Shown here one piece after another: positions 28,039-40,039 of a DNA stretch of 64,000 nucleotides. Numbering within the stretch: position 1 is the stretch's first letter; the number at the start of each line of letters is the position of its first letter. Both the position numbers and the translations under genes were made by a program. The notes below the pieces were generated by a model, which was not told the origin of the DNA, made no database searches, and saw only the letters and a program-made list of their open reading frames with translations. This DNA comes from Felis catus (Eukaryota), in assembly GCF_018350175.1 (NCBI RefSeq), contig NC_058368.1, forward strand, positions 14,944,001 through 15,008,000, in the 5' to 3' direction.

Positions 28039-28773
28039 TCAGCTCACTATCAGGATTCTGGCAAACCTTTATAAAAGTCCATACAAGACTTCTCTTTAAG
28101 TTCACGTGAGCAACTCACATTTATACGTCCCCTCATCCAAGTCAACTGGTGTCCATTCCATAGCTAAAGAAACACCCCTCCTCTTCATTGTTGATTCTGA
28201 AATTATGTTTTCAATACAAGATGTATAATATTCTAGAAATATGCCCCTTAAAGCCATTCAGATGGAAGTATGTCATTCCTTTCATATGTACTTAAAAATC
28301 TATAAAATTTAAATAAATCTCACTAGCAAACATTAATGAGACATAAAGTATTCTTAGTATTATTTCGGCCAAAGAAAGGAAATGAGATTTTTGCTAATGG
28401 TCAGAGTTTACATCTCAGTCATGCTTAAGGCTATAAGACATTACTACATGAAAAAAATTGAAAATAGACGGCTGAACAGCACCATTATGTTAAGCAATTA
28501 ATAACTGGAAAAAAAAACCCAGAAATCTGTTGAGTAACCATTTAAGCTTCAGAAAAAGATATTTTACTTTATGCTTATGGTTAATCCTGTCTACCTCTAT
28601 CCTCGGTCTGGTTTGAGGCCAACAGCTATGTATTTGCTGACTAAAGGACCCAACTCCCTCCGCTTCAGTAAAATGCATGTTTCAGATCCCCTCCCCCCAC
28701 CAAGGCACATGGATCCCCCAATTCCCTGGTTCCTCCCTGTGAAGTCAAGGTCATACCACAACAGTGCTCTTAC

Positions 28774-29120
28774 CTGTTTCCCGTCCAGGGTATACAGGCG
28801 TTTCACCACTCCCGAGTCCAGCTTGATGGCATCAGTTATGTCAGTGAGAACCTGCTCAAAGGAATGTGCGGTTTTCTTGTTCAGCAGAATCCTGACAGCC
28901 TTCCGTGGCTTCACCCCACTTCTGATGATGGTGACCAGCTTGGGCCGAATGAAATCCTTATTCTCCCGCACCTCCGAAGGGCTCCCTTTGGCAGTGGCCA
29001 GTGAGGACACTGCCCGGGAAGCCGAGGTGGTCTTGACATTCACCGACCAGTTGGGGTTCACGTTCTTGGTGTACTCCAGTTTCTTGAAGGGCTCTATTGA
29101 GCCACACACATAGCTCTCTC
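28774..29120 (-). CDS. DCLK1: DCLK1 exon 3: end of DCX1, linker and first part of DCX2
   Basis: ttccttag|GA GAG AGC TAT continues phase 1 to give (G)[29 protein letters not shown]...[18 protein letters not shown]. Donor CAG|GTAAGA at 28774. 347 nt, and 376+347=723 nt=241 codons. Confidence 0.98.
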
Positions 29121-29564
29121 CTAAGGAAGAGAGAAATATATTTACATTTACACCAGGGTAAACTCATTTCCTTTTTCCTAGTCTTTGATTTTTCCTTTTC
29201 TACTAGAACTGAGAAATACTTGTGACTTTTTGAAGAATGGAAGCATGATTAACATTTAATGAAAAGAAACATTTTCTACTTCTAATCTGGCTCTGTTCAA
29301 CAGCAGATTGATATCCTAGGAGGGAAAAAAATCATCATTCTTCCCTTACTTCATTTTCCGACTGCTGAAAGAAATACTGACACTGAATAAACCTCAGAAA
29401 TAAATAAAACTGAATTCAAAACAAAGTATTCTCTGGGATTTGGGGTATTTATCCTTGCAGAAAACTTCAAAACCAGAGGTACCTACACTTAGTAATAATG
29501 TAAATAACATAATTTGAAAATGGAAAGTGGATCAGAAAACAGCTTATTAAAATAGCTACGTGAT

Positions 29565-29710
29565 TCATTGTATGGTGACAGTTGCTAGGTACGCTTGTGG
29601 TAAGCCTAACATAAGGTATGGAGAAGTTCAATCACTATGTTGTACACCTGAAAGTAATGTAACATTGTGTGTCAACTATACTCAAATTTAAAAATCTAAA
29701 AAAAAAAAAG
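29565..29710 (+). mobile_element. L1 3' end fragment
   Basis: tgtatggtgacag...aatcactatgttgtacacctgaaagtaatgtaacattgtgtgtcaactatactcaa plus A tail. Confidence 0.82.
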
Positions 29711-29793
29711 GCTATATAATTTATAAGTTTGATTGGAGTGTGTGCTAAGCATTTTGTAAAGTCAAGTAAAATTCTGAAAGCAAGCGAAGTAAC

Positions 29794-30404
29794 TGTCACC
29801 AGCTAGCCCCCAAGACTTGACCTTTACTGCTCACCTTCTTGTACCCATCAACCTCTGTCCCATATTTTTCCTTAAGCTCTTCTTTCCAAGGTAGCTCTTA
29901 ACTCAGACAAAAGACCAGACGGGCATAGCAACCCTCAAGCAATAATGACTGCCTGTTCAAAAGCTCTAGTGGTCCAAACCGCCCAGACCAGTTTGAGCTT
30001 AACCCCTAACTCAGGCTGTTGTGCAGGATGACCATGGAGTGACCAACAGTTACCTTTACCTCATTACAATGCTAAAAATCACAGCCAGAGGTGGAGACAT
30101 AACAAGCAAACAAAACATATGAAGAAAGAAGCATGGTCTGTCAACTGCGCCTGTTCCCCCCCACCTCCAAGTCCCTGTGTTTCCCCACCCCTACATGCTT
30201 AAACTTGGCTCCTTTCCCACCTGCGTTCCTTTAAAACTTTCCCTGGTTGTTAGGGGAGCCAGTCTAACGCCTTTGTTGTGACTGTGTCTCCCTTCAACTG
30301 CAGCTGTTGCCCCAATAAAGCCTTGCTTGTGCTTTTAAATTTTGGGTCCAGTCTCGTTTCTACCAGTGGTAGGTCCAGGGACCCGAGTCCAGAGTCCAGT
30401 AACA
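29794..30404 (+). mobile_element. ERV (class I-like) solo LTR, 611 bp
   Basis: Starts TGT and ends ACA, flanked by 4-bp TSD TAAC (29790-29793 and 30405-30408). TATA-like TTTAAAA at 30230, AATAAA at 30313. Confidence 0.85.
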
Positions 30405-30562
30405 TAACCACACTTCCTTTCCTCCCATCTACACACGGCCAAACACAGTGATCTACATACTCTAGGAAGGCCAATTCATATTTGTTTATAGGTAAAAGAT
30501 TTTGAGAATGGTTAACTTATAAACTGTAGCTTCAGAAACTGACTCTAAAATAAATGTAATTA

Positions 30563-30825
30563 TATAAGATGAATGAGGTCCAAGGATCTAATGAATACTA
30601 TGGTGACTATAGGTTATAACACTATACTATAATTGAAATTTGCTAAGAGACTAGAATTTAAATGTTGTCACAAAAAAAAAGATAAATATATAAGGCAATG
30701 AACGTGTTAGTTAACTAAATGGGGAGAATCTTTCACAATATATACATATATCAAATCATCATGAGGTATGCTTTAAATATCTAACAATTTTGTCAATTAT
30801 ACCTCAATAAAGCAGGGTAAAAAAA
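30563..30825 (+). mobile_element. L1MA/MB-like 3'UTR fragment
   Basis: ggatctaatg...atggtgactatag...gaaatttgctaagaga...tcaaatcatca...tcaattatacctcaataaagc. Confidence 0.82.
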
Positions 30826-32503
30826 GAAAAGAAATTAATTACATTATATTTTTATTAAAAATGACTCCTTAACAGAGAATGGTTTAATGAAAATAATCAG
30901 ACTATTAAGTAGATGTGGCTCACACAAAAAAGAAGTAACATATGTAACAAGTGATGATAAATCATTAAATGACTGATCCCATATATATACGTACATATAT
31001 GTATATATGTATATATTTCATATATATATATTTCATAAAGTTAGTTCAAAGTATTTTGAAGTTAAAGATTTTATAATGGCTTTTTTGTGTGTTAGTAAGT
31101 CTTTGTAACAGAGAATAGTTAAAATGCTAAAAAGCCTTCATAAATGCAGGTAAAGTGACCTGGGACTAATCCTGCAACAGCCCATCTACTTTTATCTAAA
31201 TCCTTGTCCTATTTTTAACTTACGAGTGCAAACATCCAAGGCCACAGAATAAAGTATTCACATAAAAATAATGGAACCAGGGTTTCAAAAATAGAAAATC
31301 ACAGTTATACATGTTATCAAACATTTACTCTGTAAGTGCTCTTAGCAAACACTCTAATGTGTGTTTATACATTATATCTCACTAGACGTACACCTAGTAC
31401 AAATGTAGCAACCCCCTTTTCTATTCACCTTCACTGGTCCCAACTATGCTTTTCTCAAGATTTATGTAGATACCAAAAACCTATGCGTGGGGGGTCGCAA
31501 CAACAGTGGTGCTTTGTGGACAGACAGCACGAATGCTCCAATGGGAAACTGCAAGTCTGAGCTCTCAAGACCTGGCCTCTCCATGCACATGACCTGGGAC
31601 AAGTCCCCTAGTCTTCTCAGTGGTAGTTTATCCATCCATCAGATGAAGGCTATTCCGGGGGCCACTGATCTCACCAGGCTTTGGTGAAGATCAAACGAGA
31701 TAACAGAGGTCAAAGTGATCTCAAATACAAAACCACACAGGTGGACACCTGCTCTGGGGCTGCATTACCCTGACTGTGCAGTAAGCCCGAAATGAAAATT
31801 AAAAAACCAAAATTATTAGAGATCAGTGAGCGGGTCTTATAAGGTGCTAATTGTTTCTAACTAGTTACCAGGAGACGTCACTTTGGCTCCATTTCAATGC
31901 GACGATGCCCCAAATGTTCCTCAACAAGGCACACACAGCCCAAAATACAGCAGGCAAAACCAGACTGTCAGAATTCTGTGCTAATCAGAGATACGCAATT
32001 GTCTGATCATGTGTAAGTTTATACACTAAGCTAATAATTAAAATCAAAACAAAATGAGTAGTTGACACTCCAACAACAACAAACTTTTTAACCTTAAAAA
32101 ATATATAATAAGAATAGGGAGGAATTTTAAAGTATTCACATTAACAATGTGGAGTGGGTTTGTTGAAAAAGAAAATAAACACTTTTTTTTTTTTTACATC
32201 TCCTTACAGAACATTGAAAAAATTTTAAAGCATGACAACTTTGAGAAGGTAATGCTGATTTGGTTCAAGTAACAATGATGGGAAGAAACTTGTGTTAAAT
32301 CTGTGCTGTCACTTGGGCTCCTCTGTCTGGTTTACCACATTCAAAGACGGCAAAACAATCTTGGGGAAGGGTGTGAGACTCCAACAAAGAACAATCTTGT
32401 GCTACAAGGAAAGTAACTGCTGAAAGGAGAGACAGAGCTGGCCACCAAACCCAAGATCACACAATACTCAAACTGTCATTTAGAAGCTACTACACTATCC
32501 AGA

Positions 32504-32695
32504 GGGCACCTGGGTGGCTGAGTTGGTTGAGTGTCCAACTCTTGGTTTCAGCTCAGGTCACGATCTGAGGGTCATGGGATCATGCCCCACACCGGGCTCC
32601 ACATTGAGTGTTGAGCCTGGCTTGAGATTCTCTCTCTCCCTCTGCCCCCTCCCCCACTCATGCTCTCATTCTTAAATTAAAAAAAATAAAAAAAG
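32504..32695 (+). mobile_element. Older CAN-SINE
   Basis: SINE body, TSD agaa(g/t)ctactacactat. Confidence 0.9.
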
Positions 32696-32798
32696 AAAGA
32701 ATCTACTACACTATTCAGGAATTCAGGAAGACAAGACGAGGTTTCCTTATGCTAAAATGCTTCTATAAAATTGTGCAAATATACTATTCGACCCCTCA

Positions 32799-32989
32799 TT
32801 AAAAAAATTTTTTTTAACGTTTTATTTTTGACACAGAGAGAGAGAGCACAGGGGAGGGGCAGACAGAGAAACAGAAGTAGACTCTGTGCTGATGGCAGAG
32901 AGCCCGATGTGGGGCTGACACTCACAAACGCTAAGATTGTGACCTGAGCAGGCGTCGAATGCTTAACCGACTGAGAAATCCAGATGCCT
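32799..32989 (-). mobile_element. CAN-SINE
   Basis: Reverse SINE body and T-rich tail. Confidence 0.88.
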
Positions 32990-33511
32990 CGATTTGACCC
33001 CACATTTTGACCCCACATTTTGACTACGTTTCTTTTAATCATAACTCTGAATTTCTTCCCACCACTAGAGATACTGCCTCTGTCTTAATTTAAAGTTGAT
33101 TTATTTTCTGATTTTGTTAGAAAATAACTTTTCAGTTAATGTGCTAGTATCATTGACAACCATAAATCAGCAAATGTAATTATTCTGAATGGAAAGAATA
33201 CATGGTCTTGATTTGGTTAAATAGCTCTGGGTATCCAGTGTTTAATCTCTCCCTAAATGGGGCCAAGACTGAAGAGATATGTATTATTCTTGATTAGAGA
33301 ATCATCAATAGGTTTCATTCAAGTCCTAACAGAGGTATGAGTGGCAAAGGCCATTAAAAAATAAAAACATACAGTAAACCTCATAATTACTATAATAAAC
33401 TTCCTATACACACAAAGCCATCTCAAAGTTTTATGGTGTAATTTATGCTGCAAAAATAAAATAAAAGTTAATTTAGCAAAACCAAAGTATATTTGAGCAA
33501 AATGGCCTACT

Positions 33512-34600
33512 ATTGTGATTTATAATAAAAAATATATACTTGGTCTTCAAACCATTTCTGGCACAGTGCTCCTAAAACCCTTGGAATTTCCTAAGTGATT
33601 AGAGAAATAAAGGCATCTTGATATGCATAAGGAGCCCCTTTCTACCACACCTGAATTTAGGTTAATGAGGAGACTTTGGGAAAGCAACTAACGATGGGTG
33701 ACTGAAGCCGGGGGAACCAACAGTATGATTAGAGGGTAGGAATTTTCAGTCTCACCTCCCTGACCTTGGGGAGGGGAGGAGGGATAGTAGTTAAATCCAG
33801 TGATTGATTGATTGATTGATTGACTGATTTTTTTTAAAGTTATTTATTTTGAGAGAGAAAGCGTGAGTAGGGAAGAGTGGCAGAGTGGACAGAGAGGGAG
33901 AAAGAGGGAGAGAGAATCTCAAGCAGGCCCCATACTGCCAGTGCAGAGCCAGACATGGAGCTCGATCCCACAAACTGTGATATCATGACCTGAGCCAAAA
34001 TCAAGAGTCCAACGCTTAACCGACTGAGCCACCCAGGCACCCTAAGTCCAGGGACTTAATCAATTGTGCCTATATAATGAAACCTCCATAAAAACCCAAA
34101 AGGACAAGGTTCAGAGACCTTCCAGTTGGTGAACACATGAAGATTCAGTAGGAGTGGTGATCTCAGAGGCAGCATTTAAGCTCCAAGCTCTTTCCCTAAT
34201 CCTTGCCCTATGTATCTCTTCCATCTGGCTTTTCCTAAATTATAAGCTTTTATAATAAACAGGTAATCCAGTAAGTAAAATGTTCCCCTGAGGTCTGTGA
34301 GCCTCTCCAGCAAATTCATTGAATCAAAGCAGGGGTCCTAGGAACCTCTTCTCTGTTAGCCAATCCATCAGAAGCACAGGTGACAACCTGGATTTGATTG
34401 GTGGCTGAAAAGGGAGGGGGGTGGTAGAGACAGTCTCCTGGGACTAAGCCCTTAACCTTGGAATCTGATGCTATCTCTGGGTAGATAGTGTCAGAATTGC
34501 GTTGAATTGTAGGACATCCAGCTGCCGTCACAGACAATTGCTTGGGTGTTTGGGGGAAACACACACACACACACACCGGAACCCGTGACCAGAATTTTAT
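33512..34600 (+). mobile_element. MER21-like LTR interrupted by a SINE
   Basis: tgtgat...atatatacttggtcttc...ctcctaaaacccttggaatt...aacctccataaaaaccc...atctgatgctatctctgggtagatagtgtcagaattg. Confidence 0.8.
33802..34042 (-). mobile_element. CAN-SINE with (ATTG)n-derived tail, nested in the LTR
   Basis: Reverse SINE body; TSD-like taa(a/g)tccag on both sides. Confidence 0.9.
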
Positions 34601-36553
34601 AACCCCAAATTTGCTTTGACAGTTTGGGATTATCACCTATAGGGAAGCTTAACAAGGATGGCAAGATGACAAAGATCACACACGGTTTAAAGGAAATGGT
34701 GTAACACCCTATTTAGAGGTAGAGCTGGGATTCCCAAACATGATGATTTGCTGGGTGGTTATCATACTGCTAGTTTTGTCCCAGTTTATTCAAGCCAAAA
34801 ATCTTTGTGTTAAGACCGATTCTCAACTTAAAATGTAATGTTCTGGATGTCCAACACACCCCAACAGACAGCTAGAGCTGCAGAAGCAGCATCTGTCTGA
34901 ATTGCTGTGGCATTTACAAAAGCCAAAACATATTTGCTTTTCAGCAAAGATAAAGAAAAAAAGAGAAAGTAAGGAAATAAAGCATGAGATTATCTTTGGA
35001 ACTGACCAATGCCTACTGAAATATCAGAATATGGTAATTTCTTCCCTGAAATATTTAGGTACTTGGGGGATCTTGGAGAAATGGAATAATTTAGATTATT
35101 TTCAAGATACTAAAAGGTCTATGTTTTATTTGGTTTTCAAAAAAATCACATATGCATTTGTAAATTTATTATATTGCTATTATACAAAGTATGGAAATAA
35201 ATGTTCTCTAACAAAGTTTATTATTTAAAAATCTGCAAAGTCAATTCTACTTGGCCATTGGCTCCCATTATGAAAGTAAAGGATTTCCACTTAAAAGAAA
35301 TAAACTAAGTCACTACCGAAAACTGACAGTGATGTGGTACCCAGATTCCTAGTTGACCAGGCCTGTGATGAGTGAGCTAGGAAGGTGTCCCTCCACAAGA
35401 TCCCATATTAGGAGATTCTAGAAGTTTGCTCTATTTCCCCCTACTGCTGGAGCTTTTTCAGTGGCTCAGAGTTGTGATTTGTAAATTTCATATGTGACAT
35501 CACTTAACCTCAGTCTGAAAATGACCCAATCTCTGGTTGCTACCTCCTCTAGGACTTCTTTAAGTTCCAAAGGTGGTATATTTAAAAGTATCTTAAGTGA
35601 GAGATACCTATAAAAATTTAATTTTTCCAGAAAATAAAGTTTCTCATTAAAAACTCTAGCAATTAAAATTTCTCTTGTGAATTATAGTAAAAACTGCAGA
35701 AGACTCAAATATATATTGAGACCTCAGAAAAGAAACTGAGTAAAATTACGTGAAAGATATTATTTACATAATAAAATATAAACTGCCTTCTGGATATTGT
35801 ATTTTATGAACCTATCTCAAATATACACAGCAACATTTCATCACCTTCCTAAAAGGCACTGGTTCAGGTAGACAATTTTGATAGCGCTGTTAAAGGCAAG
35901 AGAAAAGATTCCCCAAAGGTACTTTGGGTCATTCTTCCATGGAAGTCACTCATAATATAATAGTACATAAAAATAAGCTTACAGAAAATAAAATTTGAAC
36001 GTGTATGTCAGGCCTATGGAAAATGTCAAGTTCTTAAATTCAAAGCAACAGAAAAATAACATAAAGAAAAAAAATTGAGAGACCCAAAATTTTACATTTA
36101 CAACTGATATAAACGAAAAGTGGGGAAACTAAAATAAAAAAGAGAAAACAGACTAAGGATCTACACAGAACAACGGGTTACTATAATGTGCAAAGCTTAT
36201 TATAATTCACAAAAATGTAAGGTACTAAAATATATGACAAAGGATAAAAACAAAATAAAACAGAAATAGAAAACACCACTAGGGACATTATAAATTGATA
36301 ACCCTTTTTGAAAGCAACATGGCCACCTGTATTTGGAACCCCAAAAATATATATTCTCATCGCTAAAAATTTCTCCTAAGCACATCACAGAGTAACAAAT
36401 AATAAAATTGCACTTGCCATAAAAACTAAAAATTAAATACAAACTCCTAAGTCTTTAATAATAAGTACAAAATCTGAATTTGCCACTCTGGGGAGTGAAA
36501 ACAATCCTAAGTCGTGAGCTTGTTTTCAAAACAGCTTAGAAAACAAGATGTGT

Positions 36554-36738
36554 GGGGTGCCTGGGTGGTTCAGTCAGTTGAGCAGTTGAGTGTCTGATTT
36601 CGGCTCAGGTCATGATCTTGCAGTTCATGAGTTCAAACCCCACGTCAGGCTCTGTGCTGACAGCTCAGCTTGGAGCCTGCTTCAGATTCTGTGTCCCCTT
36701 CTCTTTCTGTCTCTCCCCTGCCCATATTCTGTCTGTCC

Positions 36739-36787
<49 letters not shown>

Positions 36788-36947
36788 AGAATAAATAAAA
36801 CATCAAAAAGAAGAAAGCAAGATGTGTAGGGGCACTTGGGTGGCTCAATTAAGTGTCCGACTTCTGCTCAGGTCATGATCATGTGGTTCATGAGTTCAAG
36901 CCCTGCACTGAGTTCTCTGCTGTCAGCAAAGAGCCCGCATCAGATCC

Positions 36948-37005
<58 letters not shown>

Positions 37006-37080
37006 TCTGCCCATCCCTGACTTGCCGTCTCTCTCTAAATAAATAAATAAATAAACTTAAAAAAATCTTAAAAAATGAAA
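36554..37080 (+). mobile_element. Two tandem CAN-SINEs (36554-36811, 36829-37080)
   Basis: Two heads and two tails, with three copies of a 16-bp target sequence. Confidence 0.93.
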
Positions 37081-37439
37081 AGAAAGCAAGAGGTGTATGA
37101 AAAGATTTCACAAGGCAGTAAGTGATAATTGCTAAATACGTGGTCGAGGCAACCCTAACTCAGAAGAGAAAGAAATCACTTCTCACTTCCCACTGAGTGA
37201 CCAATAAAGAAGAAATGGAATTCATGGTGACCTCAGAAGTGGGGGTAAGATTCTTCACTAGAGAAAAGAAAGAGGACAGCATTTCAGATAAAATAAAAAT
37301 AATAATACGCTCTACTACACAGTACAGCCAAGGGATAGTCTGTGAGATATTAATATGTCTTTCTCAAAAGACCCAGGTTTCAGAAAGCTCCCATTGGTTT
37401 CAGCGTGAGGGAAGGGCTGGAGGTAGGACACAGGGAGAG

Positions 37440-38300
37440 AGAAGTCAAGAAAGCTACTATAACAGACCAGGAGAGGAGATGGAGAAATGACCTTAACACC
37501 TCTGCACTGGGGCAGAAAGAAGCTGATGCAACAGGAATACTTAGCAGATAGACTCGACTGACTAGACGGCAGAGACTGGCAACTGTCTGGATGTGGGACC
37601 CAAAGGAATTGGAGTCACATGATGAAAATGAAATGATAACATAGAAACTTCCATTTTGGTTGACTTCCCAAGTACCGCAATAGGAAAAATAAGAAGGGAA
37701 CCAGGTTTGGACTCGATGCTAAGGAAAGAAATTCATCTGGTTGTGCACACACTAAATTTGAAGTTCCCAGGAGCCAACCAGTTGAAGATCTCCAGCAAGC
37801 AATTAGAAATATAAGCCTGGAGTTTGGAAGGAGACGCATGTGACAGCTGCAGAGATGGAACTGAAGAAAACATTCTGGGAAACCATGCCCAGCTGGACAA
37901 GAAGAAACCCAGGGCAACACCAGTCTTCAAAGAGTGCCCAGAAATGGAGGAGCCGCTGAAGGGAACAAAGACAAATCAGGTGCCTGGAGCCATGGAAACT
38001 GAAAGCTGGTGAGTGTGTGGCTGGAAGAGAACCAGACATCAGCCTCCAATGCTCCAGGGACATCATTGAGGATAAGGATTCCTAAGAGATCACTGGCCTG
38101 GCCACTAAAAGGCCACATGTGGCCCTATAATGGCCACTTCCGTTCAGTAGTGATGCTGGCTACTTTCATTCATCCATTCATCCATCTATCCATCCATTCA
38201 TTCTCTTTCCTCTTTCTTCCCATAATATATTGAGTACTTACAACTACCATGCTGGGCAGTAAGGACACCAATGGTTCCCTGAGTTCTTGAGACTTTGATA
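37440..38300 (-). mobile_element. L2 relics
   Basis: tttgaagttcccagg...cagttgaagatctccagcaagcaattagaaatataagcctggagttt, and cattcatcc repeats at ~38165-38200. Confidence 0.65.
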
Positions 38301-38519
38301 TAAAATGAACAAGTATATTACAGTGTCATGATGCTAATTAAGGAGCTGAAGTATGATTGCAAGTTGAGGAAGGATAGACAGCATATACTAATATTTCTTA
38401 CCACAGAGCTCTGGGTTTGAGAGGCCAGAAAGACCAAGGCAAGAATGTTTGAGATTGTGGGAGATTTGTGCATCTGTCGGCTGAGGGATGAGGGTGGAGA
38501 CACTATCGGCAGAACAGGT

Positions 38520-38740
38520 TATCTGAATGTCTGCCATGTAGCAGATCCTGTGCTAACCCATGCTATTTAACCTGCAATCCTCAACACAACCCTATGAGCG
38601 AAGTATTAGCACACCACTTGTCAGAGGGCACAATGAGGCACAGAGAGATAGGCAGCTGGCTCAAGGTCACATGGCTGGCAAAGGTGGAGCCAGGGTTCAA
38701 GTCAGGTGGTCTGACTCCAGAACCATAACTTAACCACGAC
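38520..38740 (-). mobile_element. MIR
   Basis: aatcctcaacacaaccctatgag...tgaggcacagagag...ctcaaggtcacatggctggc...ctgactccagaacc. Confidence 0.78.
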
Positions 38741-39111
38741 ATCATTATGCACCCTCAGGAGGGCACCCATCTTACAGTCCTCGCAGGAGAAAAAGGGAAG
38801 CCGGGAGACAGCAGAGCACAAGCAAAGAGTGCAGCCAAGCTCAATGCTGAGTGTATCAACGGGTAATAGGAGACACGGCCAGAAGAGAAGGAAGGGCAGG
38901 AGAAGGGCCACTGAGAGAAATACATGCAACATTGTGGGCTGTATTCCATACATAAGTGGAGAGCCATTGTGAAGCAAAGGTATGGCACAAAGTGGTTTGT
39001 CTGTGGCCAGGTTTACATAGGCAGGAAAACTAGTTTAAAGACTATTGTATGGGACATATGTGTGTCCTAAAGGATTTGACCTTAGAGAGGCTACAGAATG
39101 GAAAAGCAAGA

Positions 39112-39280
39112 AGGTGCCTGAGTAGTTCAGTTGGTTAAGTGTCTGACTTCAGCTCCGGTCATGATCTCACAGGTGGTTTGTGAGTTTGAGATCTGCATCA
39201 GGCTCTGCATAGACAGCACAAGCCTGCTTCGGATTCTCTGTCTCCCTCTCTCTCTCTGCCCCTCCTCTGCTCATGCTGTC

Positions 39281-39319
<39 letters not shown>

Positions 39320-39341
39320 AATAAATAAACATTTAAAAAAA
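39112..39341 (+). mobile_element. CAN-SINE
   Basis: TSD gaatggaaaagca. Confidence 0.92.
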
Positions 39342-40039
39342 GGAATGGAAAAGCAGGGACAAATACAGATTCCATAAAGAAGACAAAAACATTGAAAAAG
39401 AAAAACTAAGACATGTATTTTTAGCTCAGAAGCCTATTGTAATAGTACAGGGAAGAGATGACAAGTTTCAAGTGGTAGGAATATGAGGAGTTATTATTTA
39501 ATTTTTTAAATGTTTTTACATCTTTCAGATTTTCTACAATGCTCACTGTGTAAAAATGTATCACTCTGGCAGTAAAAAAAACAGTAATATTGTGATGAGG
39601 ACTTGAAAACTATAATAATGATGGTGGAAAGGACAAACTGAAGAAACATCTTAAGCAAGATCAACAGAATTTAGTAACAGCTTGTATTTGAGGGTGAAGA
39701 AGAGAAGTCAAGGGGGATGTTAAGTTATACGGCAATACGATTTCACAAGATCCAGAATATGAGAAGAGGAATAAACTCTGGGTAATGGAAAAGAATGAGG
39801 TCACATTTATGCGTGTTAAGTTTGAAACGACTAAGGACAAGAGTATCAGTTAAATATATCCAGGTGCTGGGAGTGCAGAAGAAAGGTCTTATTATTATTT
39901 GGGAGAAATGGGCCTTAAGAGTGGTTAACATAATCAGACTTGATGACATCATACTAGATCTAAAGACAAGTAAGCGTTGGTCATCTAAGGGTGAGAAAAG
40001 TAAAGAAGGAAATCACAAATCACCATTAGAACATCACCA

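Noticed and set aside
1..28773. Further DCLK1 exons or the short-isoform promoter
   Set aside because: No sequence encoding the continuation of DCX2 or the kinase was recognised; exon 4 appears to lie beyond the window.
28571..29113. 180-aa plus-strand ORF
   Set aside because: Antisense shadow of DCLK1 exon 3; no recognisable protein.
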